64,000 nucleotides of DNA, taken from Octopus sinensis (taxonomy: Eukaryota). This document shows positions 1 through 11,798 of the stretch, one piece after another. Position 1 is the first letter of the stretch; each line of letters starts with the position of its first letter. The position numbers and the translations under genes were made by a program. A model generated the notes under the pieces. That model had not been told where the DNA came from, made no database searches, and worked only from the letters and a program-made list of their open reading frames with translations. The stretch spans positions 146,444,001 to 146,508,000 of the forward strand of contig NC_042997.1 in NCBI RefSeq assembly GCF_006345805.1, given 5' to 3'.

Positions 1-121
1 GCATGTGCCTAGTGTACCTTTATCAGACAGGTAGTCATGATGGATATACTGGGCTTCGTATATTTTACCACAGTGTCACTTTGATGGCATGCACTGCTCT
101 CTCACTCAATAATATCAATAA
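1..121 (+). mobile_element. 3' end of a LINE-like element with AAT-type tail (same family as 38106-38606)
   Basis: 1-107 matches 38500-38606 at 102/107 positions. Both end ...CTCTCTCACTC followed by AATAAT. Confidence 0.75.
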
Positions 122-273
122 GAGGTAGTGGGAAATAAACACTAACACAAAAACACACACACACACGCATGCATAAGTACACATATTTCTATCTATCTTC
201 CTATCTATCCATCTGTTTACTACCTATCTCTCTCACTCGATATATATATAATATATATATATATGCATGTATG

Positions 274-317
<44 letters not shown>

Positions 318-941
318 ATATATATAATATATATATATATATGCATGTATGTATGTATATATATATATATATATATGCATGTATGTATGTATATATATAT
401 ATATATATATACATATATATATAAAACGATAGTCTTCCACTTAGTCACTGTTTACATCAAACAAACTCAATCACAAGTCATTGGTCGGGTCAAGATTATT
501 GTAAAAGACACTTGCGCCTAGTATGCATTATCTTCAGGACCTGACGTTAAGAAGAAAGTCTTAACTGGACTCGTGACCTGAATTCTTGCAACAGTTAGGG
601 GCCCCTACGAACCAGGTTGTGTACGGAACTAAGTGATAGATTAAGTCTTTCACACCAGAACTCAGATTGAAAAGAGCTACAACTAATACAAAGATGATCG
701 CCATTGATAATTTAACAGTTCCATCGATCCACCATCCTTAATTAGTACTTTATTTCAAAGACTCGGAAAAGACGACCTCTGGGGGATTTCAGCTCAGAAC
801 GCAGTGTACCGAAACAAACACCGTAAAGCAGAATTTCTTCCAAGCTTTAATCATTCGACTAATTGGCCAATATATAAGCTTAAATATTTCCATAAAATGT
901 TACGTTTTTTTTTATTAATTTAGTAACCCATTGTAATCGAT

Positions 942-1136
942 TCGAATTTTGGCGCAAGGCCATTAAATTTAGGGAAAGTGAGTTGATTACATTGACCCCA
1001 GTGCTCAACTGATATTTATTTTATCGACCCCGAAAGGAATAAAGGCTAAATCGACCTTGGCGGTCTTTGAACTTAGAGCATAACGAGTTAAAAGTAATGC
1101 CGTTAAGCATGCTAACAATTCTGCTAGCTCACCGCC
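942..1136 (-). mobile_element. tRNA-derived SINE, family A, diverged copy
   Basis: Reverse complement of the family A head (GGCGGTGAGCTAGCAGAA), B-box region and central TTTCGGGGTCGATAAA motif. Confidence 0.8.
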
Positions 1137-1477
1137 TGCTGGCGATCTATTATAATAATATTCGACTGCAATATGGACATAGAAGTTCAGAATTAAACTG
1201 AACCGCTCACAGGTAAAATTGCTATCAAGATCGACATATTGAGATAAAATAATCAACAATTAATTGTAATGAGTTACAATAGAGGAAGTGGTTGTAAACA
1301 AAATAAATAACATGAGATTATGTAGCATCATATAACATTGTCAAGACTATTGGAGCCATAAATGAACTTAACTGGATTCAAGCGGTAATGAAAACCAGTT
1401 TGTAAACCCTGCATTATCGTGCTTTTTTCACATTGATTTGCGCTTTACAGTTCCCTTTCATGAAATTCGTCTTTATT

Positions 1478-1678
1478 TCACAAGGCCAGCGACTTCAGGA
1501 TAGGAGGTAAGTCGATTACATTGACTCCAGTACTCAATTGGTACATATTTTATCGATCTCGAAAGGGGTAAAAAAGCAAATTTAACTTCGACAGGATTTG
1601 AACTCAGAACCTGCACACGTAAGAAATGCCGTTAATCATTTTGCCCAGCATGCAAACGATTCTGCCAGCTCACCACCT
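1478..1678 (-). mobile_element. SINE family A, diverged copy
   Basis: GATTTGAACTCAGAAC and TTCTGCCAGCTCACCACC match the reverse complement of family A. Confidence 0.8.
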
Positions 1679-2792
1679 CTCCGACCTTCCAATGTTAAAA
1701 TTAAGAACATGCATAAGTAATATGTGTTGTGCTTTATAAAGCTATTTGTAGGTTGCATAAAATATTTCTTTTATTTTTTTATATATAATTTCCATTTATT
1801 ACTTTCTAGTCTTTAAGGCTCGAATATGAAATGATTGGTTCATATGTCAAATTATTTCAAGTTTTTTTTTATTGAATCATCATAAAATGGCTAGCTGTGG
1901 AATGAATTTTTATTTTATGGTTGATACTCTGATACCAATGACCTGATAACAAGCTTGTAACGTCGCAGAATGTGTTAATGTTTATTGTTATGATATTTGG
2001 TGTTACGCGTAAGTTTCTTTCTTTTTCTTCTAAATCCAGCGGTGCATACATGAATATTTGCATTCATACATGTTTAGCTACCTCTCTTTCACTCACACAT
2101 TCTCATATAAATATATATTTGTGTATACACGCACACAGACACACACATATATATATATCAATCTTATATATATATTAATATGAATATTTATATATATATA
2201 TATATATAGTAATTTTACGTAATTATTACAATGAGCAGAGTTAAGCATAATAATGGCTATAGAGGAAGAACTGGGGATATTTAGCAGCTGTTTACTCCAA
2301 GTTTTTAGCTTTGCTGCTTTTCAAATCATTTGACTATTAAAACTGCAAAACGCGAGTAAACAATAATTGAAATTGCAATTCGACTACTGTTATTATATAT
2401 ACACACACTATAATAGGACACGTTTTAATTTGTTATGCCTGTTACACTTTGCTCGTGCATTCTGCTTGTACAGGCATCGAAAAAATCAAGTGAAGATGAT
2501 GGACAGCAACAACGAAATTTAGTATAGCGGAGAATGGTTTGAAATTTCAATATTCTTTTTATATAGACATCAAAAGGAAACGATTCGCAACGATTTACAA
2601 CGGGTAGTGTTTTAAGGAGACACAAAACTATGTTAGAATTTGCCCTTCAATAGTGAATGTCAAAACTAAAATGTTTTGTATCTAAATTAGAAAAATAAAT
2701 TATAAAATTTAAATAAGCTACTATACGCACTTGAAACAACACTATATTAAATTATTTGTATAAATTACATTTATAATGCCGATGGATCGTCA

Positions 2793-2825
2793 TACGGCGT
2801 TGCGACCTGATTTGGTCTCTTCAGG
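2793..2825 (-). ncRNA. Degenerate hammerhead-like motif (Penelope-type terminus)
   Basis: Minus strand reads CUGAAGA-GACC(AAAUCA)GGUC-GCAAC-GCC-GUA. A13 is mutated to C and there is no clear stem I. Confidence 0.5.
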
Positions 2826-2892
2826 TTATACATTATGTTATACACACCTGCGTTTTAAAAATTTGATAGTTTTAAATATTTAATTGTAACTG

Positions 2893-3192
2893 ACACTCCG
2901 TCAATTACGGCGACAAATGTTCCAGTTGGTCCGATCAACAGAACATGCACGTGGGATCAACGTGCAAGTGGCTGAGTACTCCACACACATGCATACCCTT
3001 AGCGTTGTTCCTGGAAGATTCGGCGTGACACAGAATGTGACAAGTCTAGCCCTTTGAAATACAGGTATTGCTCATTTTTGCCAGTTGAGCGGACTGGAGC
3101 AATATGAAATAAAGTATCTTGTCCAAGGACACAAAACGCCGCCGGGTATCAAACTCATGACCATGGGCTGAATACCCTAACGACTAAGCCAC
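2893..3192 (-). mobile_element. tRNA-derived SINE, family C-like
   Basis: Minus strand has an A-box-like TGGCTTAGTCG and a central TGTGTCCTTGGACAAGATACTT...GCTCCAGTCCGCTCAACTGGCAAAAATGAG shared with 62994-63240. Confidence 0.7.
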
Positions 3193-3897
3193 ATCCAGTA
3201 ATTGTTTAATTAAAATCATTTTATTCCGTAAATGTGTCAGTGTTGTGACAGTCAATAAATGACAATAGTGGCAAAGACAGTCGTCACTCGCGAGCTTAAT
3301 ATAACTTGGTAACATATACCGAGCTTCCGCTAATTATTTTAGATCACAATAAAGTCGTGATGAGAGAGTGTGGGAGCCCTTCACTTTTAACCTAGCGGAA
3401 CAGTTGGAAAGAATGAATGAGAAAGAGAGCGTATTTATTCATTACACAGGACAGAAAAATGAATGGAATATATGTGATATGAAATATTTTGCTCAACGAC
3501 GCAACATCCAGGAATTGAACCTACCACCACATGACACTATATCATTAGGAAACGTGTTTTCTCCAATAACGACAACATGAATAATTCCTGTAAATTACAA
3601 TAGTTTGAAGATGGCACATGTAATTTCTGTTAGACGAACAGTTTCATCGGCAATTTTCTCGCCGCATAGTTTCTGGCTTCCAAATTTCACTCATCTGTTC
3701 TCTTGAGCAAAGTAAGAATACTTCACTTACTTAAAATGTCTCGCAATGGAATCAAATCTGGAAAAGATGGTTGCGAAGCTAATTGGCTAAGCACACGACA
3801 ATAGTAGCGTAGCAGCTGGCAGTTGAGATTGCGCACTTAAAAAGTATCCTTACCACTGCATTAAAGCTTGTCTATCTTCAATATACCTAATTTATAA

Positions 3898-4110
3898 GGC
3901 AACGAGCTGGCAGAAACGTTAGCCCACCGGGTGAAATGCTTAGCGGCATTTCGTCTGTCTTTACGTTCTGAGTTCAAATTCCGCCGAGGTTTACTTGGCA
4001 TTTCATCCTTTCGGGGTCGATAAATTAAGTACTAGCTGCGTACTGAGGTCGATCTAATCGACTGGTCCCCTCCCAAAAAATTTCGGGCCTTGTGTCTAGA
4101 GAAGAAAACA
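3898..4110 (+). mobile_element. SINE family A, near full-length monomer
   Basis: Head GGCAACGAGCTGGCAGAAACGTTAGC, B-box-like GAGTTCAAATTCC (3970-3982), central CATCCTTTCGGGGTCGATAAATTAAGTAC. More than 25 related copies occur in the window. Confidence 0.9.
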
Positions 4111-6144
4111 AGTATACTGCACACTAAATGCAGCGAGAGAATTGTAAGCCCCAAAATTTTATTAATTTGCAATGCAGGGTTCAAATATGTTTATAAGTAT
4201 GAGCAATAAAAATAAATGTTCACAGCTCTGTCATAATTCCTCAAAGTGGAGAAAAGGCTGCTGTTACAGTTTTATCACTGTTGTGCCACAGCTTTGTCGA
4301 AGCGGGCATAATATCTCAGTTTCTCTGAAGTGCACAAAATCTCATAGTGATTAACAGTACACAGTAAATAGAAAAGAGAATAGTGGTACGAAAAATAGAG
4401 AAAAAAGTTCATGTTTTTACTACTTAGAAAACTCCAAGAAATCTAGGTGCATATGTATAATGAGGAAGAATAAGTCAAAAAGTATACAAAAGATATAGGT
4501 AGATTTGTGCGCTGACCAGATTAGATATCTAAAATTTAATGCCAAACGAAGGGAGGCGGAATCCAGGCAGACATGAGTTGGCTATAGGAAATATAGCGGT
4601 CGTACTGATGAAAACCTGATTTAATAAAATATAGATAGGTGGTTGTTAATAGCATCAAAACATCTATAAAATAAGTTATACTGATGTAAGAATAAATACA
4701 ATCAAGCAGAAAAACAGGTGCATAAGTATCAACTTTTCTATGATTGCATTTCGATGTTTGTATGTATGTATATGATGCGTGTATACTTACTTCTGCAAGT
4801 CTAATTTATGGTAGGGTCAGTACTAAACCAATGCGCTATCACTCCATGTAGTTAATGGCTTAGTCGCTTTACACACATTTATTCACTTACTCGCACGCTT
4901 ACACGCAGATACACGTTTCTACGCAGTAGCTATCATGCGGGCTGTCCTGCTTTATTTGTATCAACTATGTTCCAGTGGAAAGTAATGTTAGCGTCAGAAA
5001 ACAGTGATTTGCATAAATCGACAAACCATCGGTTTACAGTCATACGTAATTCTAAATAGGAAATCAAAAACTTGTTGCTTTAATCAGGGAGCTCAATCAC
5101 CACAACCTATGTCAGTTGAATTTATCGTTGGTTGTAGATTTTTATCAGTGAAAATTAGAGTAACTGGTAAATACGATAAGCTTCGATGTAAGTCATTCTT
5201 GATATACTATTAACGTATACTTATCATGATTGATATACTATCCACGTTATTTGATAGCAGTAAAAAAAAAAATCTAACGTGAGTTGTTATTGTAGCTTTA
5301 AACTTAGCGCATGATATTTCATGTAAATATTCTTTCTTTTTCTTTACTTTTGTCTGATCTCCAGAAAGTTTATCGACGAAGCTGCTCTATAATATATTCA
5401 CTAGCAAAGTTCCAGGTAGTCCGGACATTAACCTGTTTACGAGCCGCTCGACCATCAAATCACAACCCGTTTCAAGAAGAAAAAAAACTACATTATACAA
5501 CGTGGTCCTGGGTTCTCTGTACATAGGTAAAAAAAAATGGATAGCCGCGTCAGGAATTTCTTTAATCAAATATCTACACGATCGGTGTTGAACTGCGGTG
5601 GGAGCTGGATTGACTAAGCAACAATAAAACCACTAAAAGGACTAAAGAATTAATAGATAGTTTAATATTCGTGAAATATATATTTTATGTAAATATTAGC
5701 ACAAAGCCGAACAATTTTTAGGAAAATATTTAATTGATTATGTATGTTTGCGCAGGCGCGTGTGTGTTGAGAAGGATAAATCTCAAAGTGAGCATTGGGA
5801 CCTTTGTCTGGTATTCTGCCGTTTTGCTCCTATTGTACACTTAATATTCGTGCCCAAGATTTGTTTATATATCTATTTAAAAGTAAACTCAAGTCACCAC
5901 TCACGAGCCAGTATGGCTTATATACGATGCTTTCACTAAGTGCTTTAGATGCCTATTTTGTCATAAACTCACTCTCTACCCTTCTACCATAGATCTAGCG
6001 AAACATTGGGGATATGGCGACTGCAAGGAGAGAGGACTGCACCAATCGCCAGTCTATAATCATAACAGCTGAGTAGACTCAAGCCACACGAACTTGCTTA
6101 AGAACAAAACGTACTACCCTTGAAAGAAATACCTTATAGTCATT

Positions 6145-6727
6145 AGCCGAACATCCCACGATGCAGTACTTTGGGCAAGTATCGTCTGTAATGCTGTAGT
6201 CCCGCACCGACTAAAGCCTTGTGAGTGACAGTGGTAGACGGAAACTCCGAAAGTCTGTCGTATGAATATGTGTGTGTGTTTTCCTTGACGATGTGCTTGT
6301 TGGTTAACATCGCCGTAACTTAGCGGTTCAGCAAAACAGAACGATAGCAAAGTACGAGACTCTAAAATTAAGCCCTGGGATCGATTTGTTCGGTTAAACC
6401 CACCAAAGCGGTGCCCCTGCATGACCACAGTCTACTGGCTGAAACAAGATAACAGGTACACACATGCATACATATTATATATAGTCGTAGCTCTGTGGTA
6501 AGTGGTTCGCTTCCCAACCACATCATTCTGGCTTTAGCCCACTGCGTGACACCGACAGTGTATTCTTCTATAGCGTTGGGCCAACCAAAGCCTTGTGTGT
6601 GGGGAATTTGGTAGACGGAAATTGAAATAAACCAGCCCGTTGTATGTGCCTGTCTTTGTGCATGTCTTTGTTCTCCACTATCGCTTGGTAATCAGAGTTG
6701 GTTTGTTGACGTCCCGTAACTTAGTGG
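6145..6727 (+). mobile_element. Two adjacent diverged SINE family B copies
   Basis: TTTGGGCAAGT, AAAGCCTTGTG, GGTAGACGGAAA and CGTAACTTAGCGG motifs are shared with the intact copy at 14968-15376. Confidence 0.75.
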
Positions 6728-7131
6728 TGATCCCCTCCTACTCCAGGCGAATAATACCTTTGCAACACTCAAGAGAGAAACCTCTATCCTATTGATGTGT
6801 TTTAGGATAGTCGTTGCTGGAGAGGGTTTGACAAGGTCGCAGTTCACATACTAGCTTAGCCTCTTTTGCGACACGCAGAGGAGCAGAGGAAATCTTGGTA
6901 CCTACACAGCATGGCACAATATATATATGAATATATATGAATAGATAGATAAAAAATTAAGGGGAATGACCACTAAAGTGGACACTCTATATGCTAAACA
7001 TAGACGTCAAATCGCCATTACCACGAAGAATGTGTTCTCAAGAAAAAAATCCCAGCAAAACGCCAAAATGTAAAAATGTACACTGGTTTTAATTGATTAA
7101 CATCAATTTCTACCCTTATTTCTAATTTTGA

Positions 7132-7132
<1 letters not shown>

Positions 7133-7221
<89 letters not shown>
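7133..7221. repeat. (AGAT)n microsatellite
   Basis: Pure tetranucleotide array directly abutting the fold-back/hammerhead cassette. Confidence 0.95.
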
Positions 7222-7223
<2 letters not shown>

Positions 7224-7431
7224 AGAAATGGAGTTAAACGCAGGTGTTATTCAAATCTTTATACTGCCGACATATGTTTCGAAGAAAGCGTTGGTATTAT
7301 TCCAGTGGGAATAAAATGATGTAAACAATGCGATCTTCTCATCAGGGAAAAAAAACTTGCCAGCGTTCCCTTCATCATATACGTAGTCATAAAGATTTGA
7401 ATAACACCTGCGTTTTACTCCATTTCTTTAT
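7220..7431. mobile_element. Fold-back cassette with 43-bp inverted arms enclosing a hammerhead ribozyme
   Basis: 7220-7262 and 7389-7431 are reverse complements at 42/43 positions. Confidence 0.85.
7264..7350 (-). ncRNA. Type I hammerhead ribozyme, minimal/Penelope type, canonical core
   Basis: CUGAUGA (7345-7339). Stem II has a GAAGA/UCUUC base and an apical UUAUUCC-CACU-GGAAUAA hairpin. Then GAAA, stem III AC-AUAU-GU and cleavage triplet GUC (7271-7269). Stem I UUUCC/GGCAG forms 4 of 5 pairs. Confidence 0.8.
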
Positions 7432-7585
7432 TTATCTGTGATTCAAAAATATTTCACTAAACTCTGGAATTTCTACTTTTTAAGTAGGCTGTTACATCCT
7501 TGGTACTTATGTAAATATTTTGCTACCCTGGTAACGATTTTAGTTTTTCCGTGTTATTTCTACACATTGAAAATCATGCACATAC

Positions 7586-7616
<31 letters not shown>

Positions 7617-7619
<3 letters not shown>

Positions 7620-7785
7620 GGTTGGCCGAAAGTCACCCGACAGTAGATCGAAATTCCATAAATACTATATGTAATTCTGTATTGACTCGAACGGAAAAAT
7701 GTGTCGCCATTCATTTGTTAAGCATAAATAAATCTTGGAATTAAATTGGTTTTATTTACTATCAGGTGACTTTTGGCCAACCTTG
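7617..7785. mobile_element. Tc1/mariner-type MITE
   Basis: 29-bp TIRs CAGGGTTGGCCGAAAGTCACCCGACAGTA (25/29 match between ends), TA on both sides, inserted in a (TA)n array. Confidence 0.85.
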
Positions 7786-8622
7786 TACATATATATATAT
7801 ATATATATATATAATAAATGAAAATGCGTTGTAAATAAACAACGACAGATAAAAAAAACCTATCCGTATACTGAGTGTCCAACCGGACGGGAGACAGACA
7901 CAGAAGGTTCCTGATTCTTCATCCGTTATCAACCAAAATAGTAAGTTTCACATATATATATATATATGAGGGGTAAGGGTTCGGCATTCGAAAGCTAGAC
8001 AAGCAGGGATTCAATTTCAAACATGTTACCTTTCCTTCTTTCTTTCGTTCTTTTTCTTTTTGTTTTGTGGGTGGAGTAAATTAAATATATCCCGAGATGG
8101 TGGATCTTTTACTAATCCTCATATTTGCACTCATTTTGTGTAATGTGGGGTAACTTCAATCGTAGTTTCTATATCTGACATTGGTATGAATTCACAGTAA
8201 ACTCCTCACTGTAGGAAAGTTGGTAACGTATCATATAATGTGCGTATGCGTATGCGTGTATATATATATGAGCGTACTATATGACATGCATGTATAGTAA
8301 ATTCTTTACTAATCCTTACATTCATCTAATTTCGTGTACTGGATTGTACTTTTGTCGTTTCATATGTGTAACATGGCATGTATGAGAGACTATGTTGCTA
8401 GTTGTGCTTAACTTATAAGTTTATAAAACAATAAAATTGAATATTAAACATTTTCTACTCTAGACGAAATACAATCGATAGAAAGTGGCAAAAGTGTTTT
8501 GATTGCACATCCCAAAGAAAAGTGTACACACACATGCACACATACAAACACACGTGTGTATGCGTGTGTGTTTAGATTGCCTGAGGTGATGTACAGATTT
8601 TGCATATTAAAAAAAAAAGACA

Positions 8623-8729
8623 TAGTCAGGATTGGGTGAGAAATATTTAGTGCTTTCGTCCCATTGAGGGAATGATGAAGCCCTCAAAAGGATAAACACT
8701 CTAAATAGTTCTTATCCAAATCCTGATTA
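8623..8729. repeat. Imperfect inverted repeat/hairpin
   Basis: TAGTCAGGATTGGGTGAGAAATATTTAGTG pairs with CACTCTAAATAGTTCTTATCCAAATCCTGATTA, with an inner TTGAGGG/CCCTCAA stem. Confidence 0.7.
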
Positions 8730-8766
8730 CCTTCCTTTTCTTAATATTCGATGAAAGCATGCCAGA

Positions 8767-8814
8767 CAGTATTTTGCAACACGTCTGATGTCTCAGCGCC
8801 ATCTTCAGATACTG
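8767..8814 (-). ncRNA. Degenerate hammerhead-like motif in a probable Penelope-like terminus
   Basis: CAGUAU-CUGAAGA...CAUC-AGAC-GUGUU-GCAAA-AUACUG. The 6-bp stem I is intact but GAAA and the cleavage site are decayed. Confidence 0.45.
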
Positions 8815-9079
8815 CCCACATGGTATAACAAACTAAAGACAGGATGAGACAGAAAAGAAGACAAGACGCGAAAGAAGTAGATATAAAAGATGGAAGGTTG
8901 AAAAAACGGAAGACGAAAAAGAAAACAGAAAGAAGCAAAATGTGTGGATCTATAGAAGAGTAAAATATAATCAGAATAAGAAGAGTTTAGCACATATTTA
9001 ATGAATTGTTACAGCAGTTTCGGTACCACTTTGTTTTTAACGCCATGATACAATAAAGAACAGTGTGAAAGCTACGTAA

Positions 9080-9118
9080 TGATCGCGGTTTTAAACATAA
9101 GGGTAACACTTCATCAGA
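9080..9118 (-). ncRNA. Degenerate hammerhead-like motif
   Basis: CUGAUGA...AAAAC-CGCG-AUC. The palindromic CGCG tetraloop is present; G12 and G16.2 are changed to A. Confidence 0.4.
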
Positions 9119-9248
9119 CGTGCATCGAAAAGTGTACGCTTACATTGTGCCATATACATATGTGCTTGTTATATGTATGTATATGTTATATACATCCATA
9201 TATATATATATATAATAATTATATATTATATACATATATATATATATA

Positions 9249-9500
9249 GGCGCAGGAGTAGCTTGCTTACCAACCACATAGTTTCGGATACAGTCCCACT
9301 GAGTGATACCTTGGGCAATTGTCAGTCTCGAGCCGACCAAAGCCTTCTGGATTTCATATACGGCATATATATATAAATATATATATATGTTTGTGTGCCT
9401 GTGCTTGTCCCCCCCCCCACCTACCAACATCATCAGCATTCAAAAAATAATGTCAAAGTGGTACCCCACCATGGTCGTAGTTTCATGACTGAAATCGGTA
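9249..9500 (+). mobile_element. SINE family B, internally deleted copy
   Basis: GGCGCAGGAGTAGCTTGCTTACCAACCACA head and CCTTGGGCAA motif. Confidence 0.75.
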
Positions 9501-10083
9501 ATATACATATATATATAAATTTATATATATCTGTGTATCATTATGTGTATGTGTGTACATATATATAAATACACACGCACACACAAACACACACACAATC
9601 ACGGAAAGACGTGTAATTCCTTCCTTTATATCGTGTACCAAAATATGGTTCATTCTGTTTAATCTTTTGTTGTTTTGTCTTAATTGACATTTCCCTGAAT
9701 AATTCATAATTCTTATATGAACATTCATCGAAGATTTGATGAAAAATACCTCGCCAACCTATGGTGCACTCTTGTGACGTGGGTATATCTCTTGTTACTG
9801 TATATCCGTGTACATATATATATATATATATATATATTGTTTGTATATGCATGTATTTATGTGTGCGTATAGATATGAGCATATATATATATATATATAA
9901 TATAAATATATATAATAGGATAAGCTACGATCGTATTTAAATACCGATCTTATCAGGTGGCCAGCATGGGAATAAAAGCCCTCAAAGGTAATAATTAAAA
10001 TAATAATTTAGGGTATCTCTTAGATACCCTAAATTCTATGAGTGCATATACATAAATATATATATATATATATATATAATATA

Positions 10084-10122
<39 letters not shown>

Positions 10123-10561
10123 GTATGCTCATACATATACTCATATATATAGGTTGTATGTATGTATATGTAGATTATATAATACATATATGTACATATA
10201 TATCGTTATCTATATATAACATACGTATGGATATTATATATATATATATGACATATATATATATATATACATATATATACACACATACATATACGTATGG
10301 ATATATATATATATAATATAATATATACATGCATATATACATACGTATATGTACATACTTACATCTATACGTATATATAAATGTGTGTGTATGCGTGTGT
10401 GTATGTGGGCACAGGACATCACGAAACGTGTACAACAAAAAATGCAAAGCACGAGTACATGGAACATGAACTATTCTTTCGAAAAACGAAAGACAGAATG
10501 GAAAACAAAACAAACAACATGAAGAACGACCCTTCATCAGTTGGCTCTGTATTTCGAGCAT

Positions 10562-10601
<40 letters not shown>

Positions 10602-10887
10602 TTATATATATATAATCTATATATATACGTATATACATATATATATGCACACACATGGATATATATGGATATATATAAGTACATACATATACTACATACA
10701 CATGCATAGATATGTATATGTAAATGCATATACGTACATATATATTTTCTCTACATATACATATATGTATATACACCTACGTACATATATATCTACATGT
10801 GTATATATACCAGCTTAGAGAAGAGAAGAAACGAAACGAAACGAAACGAATCGAATATCTATCTACATATCTATGTATGTATGTATA

Positions 10888-10920
<33 letters not shown>

Positions 10921-11576
10921 ACAGAAACATATAAGGAATCACGAACAAGGAACTTTGGTATATAATGTGCGGCAAGAATATCAACATTTTGCAGACACGT
11001 CGTTGTGTTGACAATAATATGCCCAATATCATTATCATCATCATCATCATTATCATCATTACCGTCATTGTCAGCGTTACTATTATCATCTTAGTTATCA
11101 TTTTGTCATCACAATCTTCATCATTGTTTTTATCAGCAATAATCATTATGCCCATGACAATTATCACGATGGCAGTGTTGATGGTGATCAGAATTAGTTG
11201 TGCGTGTGATCATAATGATAATGAAGGAAACAGAACGATGAACGAAGATTATGGTGATGATAACGATAAGGTGATGTTGATGGTAATAAGATGACGTTCA
11301 TGGTAATGACGGTGAGGCTACGAGGCTGATGTTGTTATATTGATGATCGTGATGATGATGATGATGAGGAGGAGGAGGAAGAGGAGGAGAACATGATGAT
11401 GACGATCCTAAGGTAATGGTAAGGAGGAAGTAAGGAACAAAACCTTATGGAAATGGACGAAGGTGGAGGGTACAGAAAAGGATGGGTGCAAGAGAAGTCG
11501 GTACTGATGATGGCTCGTGGTTTATTTTCATTTTATTCTCAGCAAATAGGGAGCAGAAGACAATGAAATTAACAAA

Positions 11577-11798
11577 TACAAAGGGGTGCTGAAGAGTTCC
11601 GGGGTTTTAATAAAATAAAATGTTGGAGGATCAGTTAATTATGATTTTATTGAATATATTCCCCTTTCAGATTCACAAACTTATTGCAGCGGTGCTTCAG
11701 TTTTTTCTAAGCCCAGTAAAAGAACTTGGGAGGTTGAGCTTTCAACAAGGCCTATCGCGATACTCTTAAAGCCGGGAACTTTTCAGCAGCCCCTCGTA
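11577..11798. mobile_element. Mariner-derived MITE (family M1)
   Basis: Ends TACAAAGGGGTGCTGAAGAGTTCCGGGG and GCCGGGAACTTTTCAGCAGCCCCTCGTA are inverted. Related copies lie at 34605-34762, 43071-43700 and 48458-48677. Confidence 0.85.

Noticed and set aside
2400-2640. Possible hAT transposase C-terminal remnant (MPVQAEC...QIKT)
   Set aside because: Similarity too short and interrupted to support without a search.
3898-3985. tRNA genes suggested by A/B boxes
   Set aside because: The boxes belong to SINE heads and continue into SINE bodies; no complete cloverleaf was seen.
9640-9810. Minus-strand peptide GYTVTRDIPTSQECTIGWRGIFHQIFDEC...
   Set aside because: No recognisable motif or convincing splice signals; embedded in microsatellite ORF padding.
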